A stretch of 64,000 nt of DNA. It comes from Scenedesmus sp. PABB004 (lineage: Eukaryota). This document shows, one piece after another, positions 1 to 11,014 of this stretch. The notes under the pieces are model-generated. The model saw only the letters and a list, made by a program, of their open reading frames with translations. It did no database searches and was not told the origin of the DNA. Location of the stretch: NCBI GenBank assembly GCA_014905635.1, contig JABVCE010000017.1, forward strand, positions 248,001 through 312,000. Direction: 5' to 3'. Made by a program: the position numbers and the translations under genes. Each line of letters begins with the position of its first letter. Within the stretch, counting starts at the first letter, position 1.

Positions 1-657
1 CGCCACGGCCGAGCCCCGGAACGCGCGCGGCTGTGAGCTCCTCGCTGACCTACCTGCAGCCCAGGCCAGCCCGCGCGGCCTGCGGCGCCGGCGGCACCAC
101 GCGCGCTCGCCGCCGCTGCCAGCCCGCGCGCAGCCGACCCCGGCCGGTGCTGGGTGCGTGCGTGGTCGCGGAGGGCTGTGGCTGCTCGCTCTCTGTTACC
201 CGGCTAGCTTTCTGATGCCCGCCCGAGTCACGCGCCGCGCCGGGCGCCAAACGGCCGCTGCGCGCGCGCGGATGCACCTGCCGCTCGCTCGCTCGCGAGC
301 GGCGGGGTGTGACCGCCGCTGCGCACCGCCCCGCGCCGGCGATCGGCGCCCGTGTGTGTGCAAAAAGCGAATGCTTGCCCCCGCGCGCCGCGTGCGCCTG
401 TGCACGGAAACACACACACAGCACGCGCAGCCGCCGCGCGACGGGTGCCGCGCGCGTCGCGACGCAGCGTCGCAAGGAGACGCACGCCACCCGGCGCGCG
501 GCGGCGCGCGTGCGGGCGGCGCCGCCGCGCGTCAAATCAATGAAGCGCCGGCGCCCGCCGCCCGCGCCGCGCGCGGCCCCCCGGCCCGCCCCGCCCCGCC
601 CCCGCCGCCGCGCGCGCGCGCGCGCGCCGTTGCGCCTCCTCGCGTGCGCGTCGCCGC

Positions 658-3600
658 TCACAGCTCGTCCTTGGTCTCCTCCTCCTCCTCCTTGTCCTCC
701 TTCTTCTCCTCCTCCTCCTCGCCCTTCTTGGCCTTCTTGGGCAGCTCAAACTTGGACTTGGCGTTCTTCTTGATGAACTTGGTCAGCGCCTGCGCGCGGT
801 TCAAGCGTTGGCCAAACGGGGCGGGGCGGGCGGTTTGAAAACAACCCCGCGCACGCGCGACTCGGCCGCGCCGCGGCGCGCCGCCCAGCCGCCGCCGCGC
901 CGCGGGCGCACCTTGAGGCTGCGGTCGCCGCCGTCAAAGGTGACGGGGGCGGACTCGCCCGCGGGGAAGAAGAGGATCGTGGGGAAGCCCTTGACCTCGA
1001 CGTCGCTGTGCTCGTTCTCGGTGCCGTCCATCTTGGCGATCGTCACCGTGTCGACCTGCGCGCCAGGGTTCAGTGCGCGGGCGGCAACAGGGTTTAGGGA
1101 GGCGGGCTCCAAGGGAGAGGGGACGGAAGCTGGGCCACTGCTGCACGCTGCCGCCGCTGCCCGCCGGCGCCGCCCCGCCGCCGACCCCGCCGGCGCCGCC
1201 CCCGCCGCGCCCCCGCCCCCGCCGGCGGCGGCGCGCGCCTTGGCGAAGCGCTTGGCCAGCTTCTTGTAGATCGGCTCCAGCGACTTGCAGTGCCCGCACC
1301 ACGGCGCGTACACCTGGCGCGCGACGCGAGAGGGGGGCGGCGGCGCGGCGCGGCGCGGCGCGGCGGGGTGAGGGGCGAGGCAGGCGCGCGGGGCGGCGGG
1401 CGCGCGCGTGCGGGCGGCCCGGCCCGCAGCCCTCTGGCCGTCGTCTCGCTCCCCCGACCGACCCGGCTGCTGGCGCCCGCGCGACCCGCTGCCGCCGCCA
1501 GGCCCCGCCCGCGGGCAGGCCCCGCGCAGCCCTCTCGCAGGCCCCGTCCGCACGGCCCCCGCGCCGCGCGCAGCCCCAGCCCCCTCTCACACACAGCCTC
1601 CCTTCTCACACACAGCCTCCCTCTCGCAACCCCAGCTCTCACCTCGAGCAGCACGTCCTTGCCGCTCTTCTTCACGACCTCGTCAAAGTTCTTGCCCACC
1701 ACGACCGTCACGCCGCCGTCGGTCGGCTCGTCGGGGATGGGCGCGCTCTTGTACTCCGGCTCGGCGCTGCCGTCGATGACCTTGGCGGCAAAGGCCTTGA
1801 TCTCCTTCTCGCTGTGGATGCGCCGCACGGGGGAGAGAGGGACGGAGGGGGAGAGGGACGCAGGAGGGGGAGAGGGGCGGGTGCGGCGCGCTCAGCAACG
1901 CGGCGGCGGCGCGCGGAGCGGCGCAGGGGCGCCCAACGACGTCGGGGCGCCCCCGGCGCGGGGGCCCGCAGCAGCGGCCGCGGCGCGACCGGCGGTGCAA
2001 CAGGCACTCACGTGGCCTTGCCCTTGTGCTTGAACTTCTTGTTCTTGGCCATCTCAAAGCCGACGATGATCGGTGCGTCCTCGGCCTTGAGCCCGAAGAA
2101 GTTGACGACCGGGTCCTGGGGTTTAGGAGGGAGGGCGGGGGGTGGCGGTTTAGGGGGGAGCGGCACGGGGAGGGTTTAGGGGGAGCGGCGCGGGAGCGGG
2201 GCGGTGGCCGCGGCGGGGCGGGACGCCATGGCGGCGCATGCAGGTGCTGGCGCCCCGCCGCGTGGGCACACACGCAGCGCCGCGCTCGCGCGGCGGCCAT
2301 AGCCCGTGCCGCACCTTGGAGGGGCCGTCGAGGTTGACGGTCACGTGGACCAGCTTGCCCTTGTTCGCGAGCGCGGTCGCCTTGAACGCCTTCATCACCG
2401 CAGCGTCGGCGGCGAGGTCCTTGGCCGACGCGATGAGCAGCAGCTGCGGGGCGCGCGGGCGCGCGTGTTGGTGGGTGAGCGTGCGTGTGTGTGCGGTGGG
2501 GTGTGGGGAAGGAGCGTGCGTGTGTGTGTGTGTGTGTGCGGTGGGGTGTGAGGAAGGGTCGCCTGAAGCTCCTGCTCAACCAAGCGAGCCCCGCAGAGCC
2601 CTGCCTTCAAACACCCGCTCCCCCCCTCCCGCCCGCCCGCGGGCCAGCCGCACCTGCTTCTCGATGCCCGCGCCGAAGATCTTCTGGCTGTTCTTGTCGT
2701 TGAACTCGATCGTCGGCGGGAGCTTCTCCGCGTTGAGCAGCTCCGTGACGCTGTCGGACGTGACCTTGCCCTTGAGCGGGATCGACGCGCGCTTCTCGCC
2801 TGCGCCGCGGTCGTGGGCGGGGCGTCCGCGGCGCGTCGGGCGCGGGCGGGGGTGAGGGTCGAGGCGGGGCGAGGCGGGGCAGGGGCCGGGGCACGTGGGC
2901 CGGGCGGGGCGGGGCGAGGCGCGGGGCGGGGGCCCCGAGCCCGGCGCGCCCTGCCGGCTGCGCCGTCGCGGCGCGGCGGGGCCTGCCGCGGCTGGTCCGC
3001 CGCGCGCCCTGCCGGCTGCGCTGTCACTGCGCGGCGCGGCCTGCCGGCTGCGCGGTCGCGGCGCGGCGCGCACCCTCAAAGTTGGTGATGACCGCCACGC
3101 CGTGGCTGGAGAGGCCGCCCTCCTTGGCGACGGCCTTGTCGCTCGTCTGCGGGCGCGCGCGGCGCGGTCGGGGCGGTCGGGGCGGTCGGGGCGCCGCGGC
3201 GGCGCGCGCGGGCCGACGCCGCCTGAGCCGCCGCCCCCGCCGAAGCCCAGCACGCCCCTCCCACGCGCCGCCGCCGCACCTGCACAAAGGTGGCGTCCTC
3301 GTTCTTCTGCGCGACCTTGATGAACGCGTCATACTCGGCGCCCTGCGGCGGCGCGGCGGCAGCAGCAGCGGCGCGGCGGCGTTCGAAAAAAAGTGACGAC
3401 GGCACCGCGCGCGCTTTGCAGGACGGCCCCCGCGCGCGCGCGCTTTGCAGGACGGCCCGCACGCGCGTTGCTTTGCAGGACACGCGGCGCACCTTAAAGT
3501 CCTTGAAGTAGCCGAGCACGAGCACCTCGCTGCCCTTCTCGGCCTCGGCGAGCGCGTCCTTCTTGTCGAGCGTCGCGGCGGCGGGGCCGGTCTTCTTCTT

Positions 3601-4679
3601 GACCCAGCGGATGATGCCGTCGCTGCGGCGCGGCGGGCGCGTCGGGGCGGCGGTGAGAGCGGGCGCGGGGGCGCTGAAGGCGGGCCCCGCGTGGCGGCGC
3701 GGGCGGCGGCGGCGCTCACGCGTCGCGGGGGCCGCTGTAGTCGGACGCGAGCTCGCCGTCGACAAACCACTTCAGCGTCGGGTAGCCCTGCACGCCGAAC
3801 TTCTGGGCCAGGTCGGCCTCCTGCGTGGCGTCGACCTGCGCGCGGCGCGGCGCGGGGCGGGCGCGTGGGCGGCCAGTTGCGGCGGCAGCGGTGCGGCGCA
3901 GCAGCGGCGGCGCCGCGCCGCGCGCGCCCCGGGCGGCATGGGCCCGCCGCCGCCGCGCCCCGGGCGCGCCCGCTGCACCGTCCGGCCGACGCGCTCGCGG
4001 CGCGGGCGATCGGGCGGCGCGGCGCGGCGGGGGAGGGGCGCGAGGGAGGCCGTTGGCCGGGGCGCGCCCCCCCGCGGCGCGCGGCGTGCCCGCACCTTGC
4101 CGATGACGATGGTGGCGTCGTGCGCCTTGAGGGCGGTGGCCGCCTTGGCGTACTCGGGGGCCAGTTTCTGCGGGGGCGGGGCAACCACCTCGTGATGATC
4201 GGCGGCCGGGCCCCGATCCCGCGCGCCGCGCGCGCCGGACGGCCCGCACCTGGCAGTGGCCGCACCAGGGAGCGTAAAACTCCACCTGCGCGGCAGCGCG
4301 GGGCCGCGCGTGAGCGGGGGGCGCGGGGCGGGCGCCGTCGAGCAGGGGCAGCTGCGGGCGCGCGGCCATGCGCGCGCGGCGCGCGGCCCATCGCGCCCGC
4401 GGCGCCGGCCGGGCGTGGACGGCGCGGGCCTGCATGCAATGAGCCCCGCCCGGCGCCGGCGCGGCGGCGCACCAGCGCGAAGGGCGCCTTCTTCACGACA
4501 TCGTCCCAGCTCTTGGCGCCCAGCACCGCCACGTCCTTCTCCTCGCCGTCCCCGGACGCGGCGGGCGCGTCCTTGTCGTCGTCCTCATCGGCGTCGTACT
4601 CGTCGTCCTCCGCGCGCAGCAGCGGCGCGCTGACGAGCAGCAGGCCCAGCAGCGCGGCGAGGAGCGCCTTTTTGCTCAT
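658..4679 (-). CDS. PDI: Protein disulfide-isomerase (ER, a-b-b'-a' type with acidic N-terminal segment; RB60/PDIL-like), 14 exons
   Basis: Signal peptide MSKKALLAALLGLLLVSAPLLRA and acidic EDDEYDADEDDDKD. Two thioredoxin sites, VEFYAPWCGHCQ (~4250-4285) and VYAPWCGHCK (~1285-1313), plus GYPTLKWF and GFPTILFF. C-terminal TKDEL followed by the stop (TGA at 660-658). Exons join through GT/GC-AG introns. Confidence 0.96.
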
Positions 4680-5242
4680 GGCTGCGGCTTGGTCGGACGG
4701 AGAACGACACGGGAGGAGGGACTGGCGCCGGGCGGCGGGCTGCGGGACCGCAGGAGCGCGGGGCGAGGGGGGCTCGAGATGGTTGAGACCGACGGCTTCA
4801 GTACGCGGTCGCCGCGTGAGCTCAGCCCGGGCGCGTGAGGCGGGCGACAGCGGGTGCGACGGACGAGTGGGCGCGGGGACTCGCGGGGCGCCAGGGAGTG
4901 CGCTGGGGCCCGGGCGAGACACTCTGTCTCCGCCTGTCGGAAGGCCGGCCGAAGCTGGCACAAAACACCGCGCGGCCGCGGCGTCAGTTCGCCCTCGCTG
5001 GAGCAGCTCGCGAGCGGTGGCGGTCGAGCGGCGGCGAGCGCGGCGGCGCGGGCGCTGGCTGCTGCCGCCGACGCCGGCGCGCGAGGCGCGGGCCGGCGGC
5101 GCCGGCGGCGCCCAGCTGCTGCCGGCGGGCCCCCCGGCACCTGCTGGAGCTGCTGCGCCTCGCGCGCCTGCTTCTGCAGGCGCCGGCCAGGCGCAGCCGC
5201 GCGCCGCGGGTCGCGGTTGCCGGGCGCCCGCCCCGGCGCTGC

Positions 5243-6439
5243 TCACGTGGCCGCAGCGGCGGGCGCGGGCAGCTGCTCGACGCCGAGCACCAGCCACGCG
5301 CCATCGGCGTCCCGCACGACCGTCGCGCGCTCTGCCAGCACCTCCTCCACCGGCTGCTTGACCCGCGCGCCCGTGGAGTCGACGCGGCGCCGAATCGTCA
5401 CTGCGGGGGACACGGGCCGCGGCGGCGGCGGCGGCCGTGCAGCGGCGGCGGTGCGCCGCTCGGGCGCTGACGGTGGCGGCGGCCGGCGAGCGCACACCCG
5501 CATAGTCGACAGTCGCCGCGCCGTCGCCCGACGCGGCGCTGCCCAGCAGCCGCAGGCGCACAAACTCGACGGCCACAAACGTCACCTGCGGGCGCGGCAG
5601 CGGGGGGTCGCGGGGGCGGCCGCGGCGGGCGACTGGCCGCGCCGCGCCGCGCCGCGCGCCCCGGCCCCTGGCGGCAGGCAGCTGGGCACACACCGCCAGG
5701 TCCTCCTCGTAGCTGCAGCTGCGCTGCACCTCGGCGTCAGGCGCCGTCGTGCTGCCGCGCAGCGCCGGGTTGTCTGTGCGGTGCGGCGCGGCGCGGCGCG
5801 GCGCGGCTCGCGCAGGTTCCGGGGCGCGCGCGCGCCGCTCCTCCCTTGCGGCGGCGTCCTGGCGGGCGCGGCGGCGGGCGCGGCGGCCGCCGCGGCGCCG
5901 TCGCCGCGCACCGGGGTGGCTCGTGCGCCGGAGGAACTTGGCGTCCTTCTTGACAAACGCGGCGTAGCGCGCCGCGACCAGCTTCTCTGTTTTTGTTGTG
6001 GGCGGCGGCGGCGCGGCAGCGATTTGAGGGCGCGGCGGCGGCGGCGGCGCGGCGGCGGCGGCACGCGGCCCGCACCCGCGCTGTCGGGCCGCAGGCTGCT
6101 GGACTTGTGGAAGCGCTGGCAGCAGTCCGAGTACAACTGGCCCGAGCCGCACGGGCAGTCCTTGCCGCCGGGCTTGCCGGCGCCGCCCTTGCCGAAGCCA
6201 AAGCCGGCGGCGAGCGGCGCGAGCAGCTGCTGCTGCCGCCGCTGCGAGTTATGCCGCTGCGGGTTCTGAGAAAAGCCGGCGGCGAGCGGCGCGAGCAGCT
6301 GCTGCTGCCGCCGCTGCCCGTGACGCAGCGAGTTATGCCGCTGCGGGTGCTGACGCAGCGCGGCGGGATGCGCTGTGGCTGTGCTGCTGCGGGCCGCTGC
6401 CCGCGAGCCCGCGGCGGCGCGGGCGGCGGCCGCGAGCAT
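5243..6439 (-). CDS. YchJ/UPF0225-like protein with SEC-C metal-binding motif; probable organellar transit peptide
   Basis: Ala/Arg/Ser-rich N-terminus, then CPCGSGQLYSDCCQRFH (SEC-C), EKLVAARYAAFVKKDAKFLRRTSHP, FVRLRLL and EVLAERATVVRDADGAWLVL, which follow the YchJ NTF2-like pattern. Multi-exon. Confidence 0.8.
6201..6347. repeat. Tandem duplication (~60-75 bp unit) inside the YchJ-like transit peptide
   Basis: Two near-identical copies encoding PQRHNS(LRHG)QRRQQQLLAPLAAGF. Confidence 0.9.
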
Positions 6440-6792
6440 GCCGCTGCTGCCGGCGCGCCCCGTGCGTCTTCCCTCTCGCGAGCAAGGCGACGCTCCGCTC
6501 ACTGCGCTGCGGCGCCTGCCTGCTGCTGTCACGCGGGCAGCCGGCGGCAGCGAACGCGCGTTCTTGTTGCATGGTGCAGCCGTCACGTCGTGCGCGAATG
6601 CCAGTCATGGTGACGCAGTCAGTCGTTGTGACTGCAATCACAAGCGAATCAAAGTCAACCAGCGCCCCCTGGCGATCAAACCAACGCAGGCATGCTCCCC
6701 CTGGTGTTGAAGTGCAGTCAACCAGACCAGAACCGCTTGATCGCGAGGCATCGCAGGAAAAAGAAGTCGGCACCCAGCTCTGCTCAGGAGGC

Positions 6793-8881
6793 TCACCCCG
6801 GAAACTGGTGTGGGAGGCCCCCGTCGTTCCACTCCTGCCACCAGCGGCACACCTGCTCCGCGAGCGCGCTGCGCCGCGCATGCAGCGCCGCCGCCTGCCG
6901 CGCCGCAAACGGCTCGCGCTCCGCGTCGTCGCCGCCGTCCCAGCAGGCGGCAGCCGCCGCCGCCGGGGCGCCGGCGGCGCGCAGGGCTCCTCCGCCAGCA
7001 GCGCGCGCCCCGGCGCGCCCGGCTGGTGCAGCAGCGCCGCCGCCGCGCTGGCGATGGCGCCCGACATCGGCAGGAAGGGGTACGAGGCCACCAGGCTGTG
7101 CCCGCCCACGCGCGAGCGGCGAGCGGCGGTGAGCGGCGAGCGGCAAGCCGCGCCCGCCGTGCGCCGCGCACAGCACACAGCGCGCTGCCGCATCCGCTCA
7201 CCACGTGGCGAGCTGCAGCTTGGTGAGCGTGCAGCAGTTGAACGCCGTGAGGAGCTGCGCGTGCAGCGGCAGCCGGCCGACCACGACGCGCTGCAGCACC
7301 TCCTCCGCCGGCGCCGAGAGCTGGCTGCCGTCGTCGGCGCACGCGCCCGCGCCGCCGGGGCTGCCCCCGGAGGCGCGCTCCGACTGCGCGGCGCTGCCCG
7401 GGCTGCTCGCGGCGGACGGCGCCGGCGCCGGCGCGGCGGCGGCGGCCGCGGCCGCGGCCGCGGCCGCGGCCCTGCCGCCGCGCCTGCGCGCCGGCGCCGG
7501 CTGCGGCGCAGGGCTCGGGCTCGGCCGCGCGGCCCCGGCCTCGGCCTGGGCCTCGGCTGCCGCGGCGGCGGCTGCCGCGGCGGCGGGCGCCGCGCGGTCG
7601 CCGCCGTCTGAGCCGCTGCCCAGCCGCCCCGCGCGCTCCGCCTCGGCGGCCAGCACGACGACGCTGTGGCTGCCCGCGTGGGCGGCGAGCTGCCCGCCCG
7701 CCGCGCGCACGCCGTCGTCCAGCCGCGCCACCTCCTGCAGCCCGGCCTGCAAGTGCTGCGCCTGCTGCCGCGTGATGCGCATGCGATGCACCACCCTGCG
7801 CGCAGCAGCAGCGGCGGCGGTGGCGTGGGCGGGCCGGCGGCCGGCGCGGCGGCGAGGCGCGCCGGCCCGGGCGCCGGGGCGCGCCACACGCGCGCGCGCG
7901 CCTGTGCCAGTGCCCCGGCGGCGGCGTCGCCGGCGCCTGGCGCGCGTGGTCGACGGTCGTGGCCAGATACAAGGGCATTGGGTTGAGCAGCAGCGACAGC
8001 GCGGTGAGCGACACCCACTCATCAATCAGCGCCTCCAGCTGCGCGAGCGCGCCCGCGCCGGGGCGCGGCTCCGCGCCGCCCGCGGCCGGCTCGGCGCCCG
8101 CGACGCCGCCGCGGCCGGCGCACGACGACGCGGCGGTGCCCGCGTCGGCGGGCGCGCACGCAGCGCCGGGCGCGGGCTGCGCGGGCGCGGGCGGCGCCGG
8201 CGCGGGCGACGCGGGCGGCGCGGCGTCCTCGCCGCGGTTGGCGAGCTCGAGCAGCAGCAGCAGCCGCGTGAAGCTCGAGGTGAAAAAGGCGGACCAGTCC
8301 GCGCTCGACATGCTCGCCACGCGACGGCACAGCGCCGGCTGGCCCGCCGCGGCGCGCAGGAGCCCCGCGACGTAGCTGGTCGCCGGCGCGCCCAGGCCAG
8401 GCGGCTGCGCCGCGCCGCCGCCCGGCTGCCGCGCCGCCAGCAGCGCGATGACCTGGTCCTGGTGCCTGATGAAATCCAGCAGCACCTGGCGGACGCGGCG
8501 GCGGCTCCGCGCGGCAGTGAGTGGAGCAGCAGACGGCGCGCCGCGGTGCCGCCGTGGCCGGGCGGCCCCCACGCGGCGCAGCCGGGCGCCCACGCGAAGC
8601 GCAGCCGCGAGGCAGCCGCGAGGCGCGCCCCGGCGGGCGCGCGGCGCGGCGCTGCGCCGCGCACGGCAGCCTGCCGGCCCGCGGGCACTCGCCTGCTCGC
8701 GAAGGCGCGCCGCCTCCACCGCAGCGCCCAGGCGCTCCACCACGAGCTGCTGGGCTTCAACGTCGCGCGCCAGGCCCGCTTGCTGACGCGCGTAGGCGCA
8801 GGCCGGCTGGCCAGCAGCGGGCGCCGGCTTCTTGGCCACGCCGCCGCGCGCGCCGGCGCCCTTGCGGCGCCCCGGTGCCAT
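6793..8881 (-). CDS. Uncharacterised protein with N-terminal basic/coiled-coil (bZIP-like) segment and C-terminal LTKLQLA..LVASYP motif
   Basis: The spliced reading MAPGRRKG...LARDVEAQQLVVERL...REQ|VLLDFIRHQ...PPPGHWHR|VVHRMRITRQQ...LTKLQLAT|LVASYPFLP is coherent. A one-base shift near 6965 is needed to reach the ...WWQEWNDGGLPHQFPG stop at 6793. Confidence 0.6.
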
Positions 8882-9180
8882 GTGCTCGGGCGATCAGCGC
8901 CACACGTGGACCGCCGGCATGGCGAGAGCACCTGGCCGCGGCGCGCTGCCCGCGCGCCGCCGCCGCCGCCGCCGCCGTCGGTCGCGCGTGGTGCCGACTG
9001 AGGCTGCCAGGGCAGACGGCCCGCGGCGGTGGCGTCACCCGCGACCCGCCGCGGGCGCGAGCGTCGCGGCTCGAGGTTTCAGGCGGCGCGCGTCGCAGCC
9101 GCGCGTGGCACCCCGGGTCGGGTGCCGCCACTTCCGGGCTCGCGCGCGCACCCCGCGCGCCACCGCCGCCCAAACGCGCC

Positions 9181-10396
9181 TCACGTCCGCTGCCGCTTCG
9201 CCCGGCTCGCGCGGCCCAGCGCCGCCTCGAGCGCCGCGGGGTCGGCCCAGCGCGCGAGGTCGCCGTACAGCTCGGCCGCGCCGCCGCCGCCGCCGCCGCC
9301 GCCGCGCGCGCCGCCGCCCGCGGCCGCGAGCCGGCCGCTGCGCGGGTCCTTGGTCAGCATCACACCCACGCCCGGCACCTCGTGCGCGAGCCCCGACCCG
9401 CCCGGCGGCGGCGCCGGCGGCGGCGCGGGGCGCGAGGCGAGCACCTCGTGCAGGCTGCGCCCGTGCGCGGCCGCGAGCGCCGCGAGCTTCACCGCCTCGT
9501 CGTCCGCGGGCAGGCCGCGCAGCGCGGCGGCCGCCCACTTGTCAAACGTGCCGCCGCGCGACGCCGCCGCCGCACTGGGCGGCGCGCCGGGCTGCTGCGG
9601 CTGCTGCTGCGGCTGCTGCGGGTGCTGCTGCGCCGGCCAGGCGCCGTGCTGGTGCGGCGGCGGCGCCGGCCAGCCGCCGAGCGGCGGCGCCGCCGCCTGG
9701 TGCCACGCCGCGCACCAGCCCTCCCACACCGCCGCGGGCGGCGCGCGCGCGCGCCGCGGGCCGCGCCTCGCACGGCTGCTCCGGCTGCTGCTCCTGCGCC
9801 GCCGACCACTGCCGCCACGCCGCCAGCAGGTGCGCGTCGCCGAGCAGATCGGCCAGCAGCAGCCCACCGTCGCCGCCGGCGTCGTCGGCGCCCTCGCTCG
9901 CGCCAGCGGCGTCGCCATCGCTCGCACCGCCGCTGCCGGCGTCGCTGGCGCCGCCGGCGGCAGGGTGGCCGTCCGCCCGCCCGGCGGGCTGCTGGTCCGC
10001 CCCTGCTCGCGCTGCCTCGGCGGGCGGCGGCTCTGCCGCTGGCGCCCCGTCCGCGCCCGCCGCCTCGCCTGCAGCTGCCTCGCCAGCTGCCTCGCCAGCC
10101 TCGTCCGCCGCCCGCTCGCCGGCGGCCGCGCCGTCGCGGCGCGGCAGCAGCGCGAGGTCCATGGGCAGGGATGCGCGCCAGCCGCGCAGCTGCTCCGCCG
10201 TGAAGGGCCCCAGCAGCTCGCCCGTGGGGTCACGGTAGCAGTACGCGCCGCCGCGCGCCGGCGCGCCGCCGCCCGGCGGCGGCGGCTCCCACTGCACCGT
10301 CCCGCTCGCAGCATGCGCGTAGTACCAGCGCGCCCACCGCTCGTCCCAGGCCGCCACCCAGCCCGGCGGGAGCTGCCCCGGCGGCGCCTGCTGCAT
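9181..10396 (-). CDS. WW-domain + GYF-like domain protein
   Basis: LPPGWVAAWDERWARWYYAHAASGTVQWEPP (WW) is followed directly by YCYRDPTGELLGPFTAEQLRGW (GYF-like). The C-terminal part lies in another frame (apparent shift near 9750) and ends ...RASRAKRQRT*. Confidence 0.72.
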
Positions 10397-11014
10397 GGGC
10401 GCGCGCCGCTGCTGCTCCCTCCCCGCCCCGCCGCCGCCCGCCGCTCCCCGCCGCGCGCCGCCGGCCCGCCGATCTGCTGCCGTGCCGCCCAGAGACGGCT
10501 GGCGGCGGCGGGGGGAGGGGGCGGCTGCGGCGCGCGCGTACAGGCCCGCTCCTGCTCGGCGCGCTGCTCGTGGCGGCGGCGGCGGGCGTGCGGCGCGTGC
10601 GCCTGCGGCGAGCGGCGGCGTTGCGCTCCAGCCGTGGATCGCGGTGCGCCCTGGGGCCGCGCTGGGGGGGGGGGAGGCACCAGGGTTGGGCCGGTGTGCC
10701 CCAAGAGCTGTCCGGGCGACCGCCGCGCCCGCGCGCCGCGGCGCTCACAGCGGGTGCGGCGCAGCGCGCACCCAGGCGCGCCAGTACGACTAGCAGGCGC
10801 CGCTCGAGCGCAGCTGACGCCTTTCCCGTTTGGACCAGCGCCCGCGCGCGCCCCGGCCGCCGCAGCGTGAACAGCGCGCCTGCTCGGCCGGCCCGCGGGC
10901 GCGACCAGCCTTGGGAGCGCGCGCGCCGCTCGCACGAGCGTCGCGCACGGCACGGGGACCGCGCCGGGCAGAGTGTACGGGCAGCGCGCGCCTGGGCGCC
11001 CCGCCGCGCCCAGC

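Noticed and set aside
1..657. Possible coding exon at the window start
   Set aside because: No recognisable motif. The region is compatible with the PDI 3' UTR or the end of a neighbouring gene.
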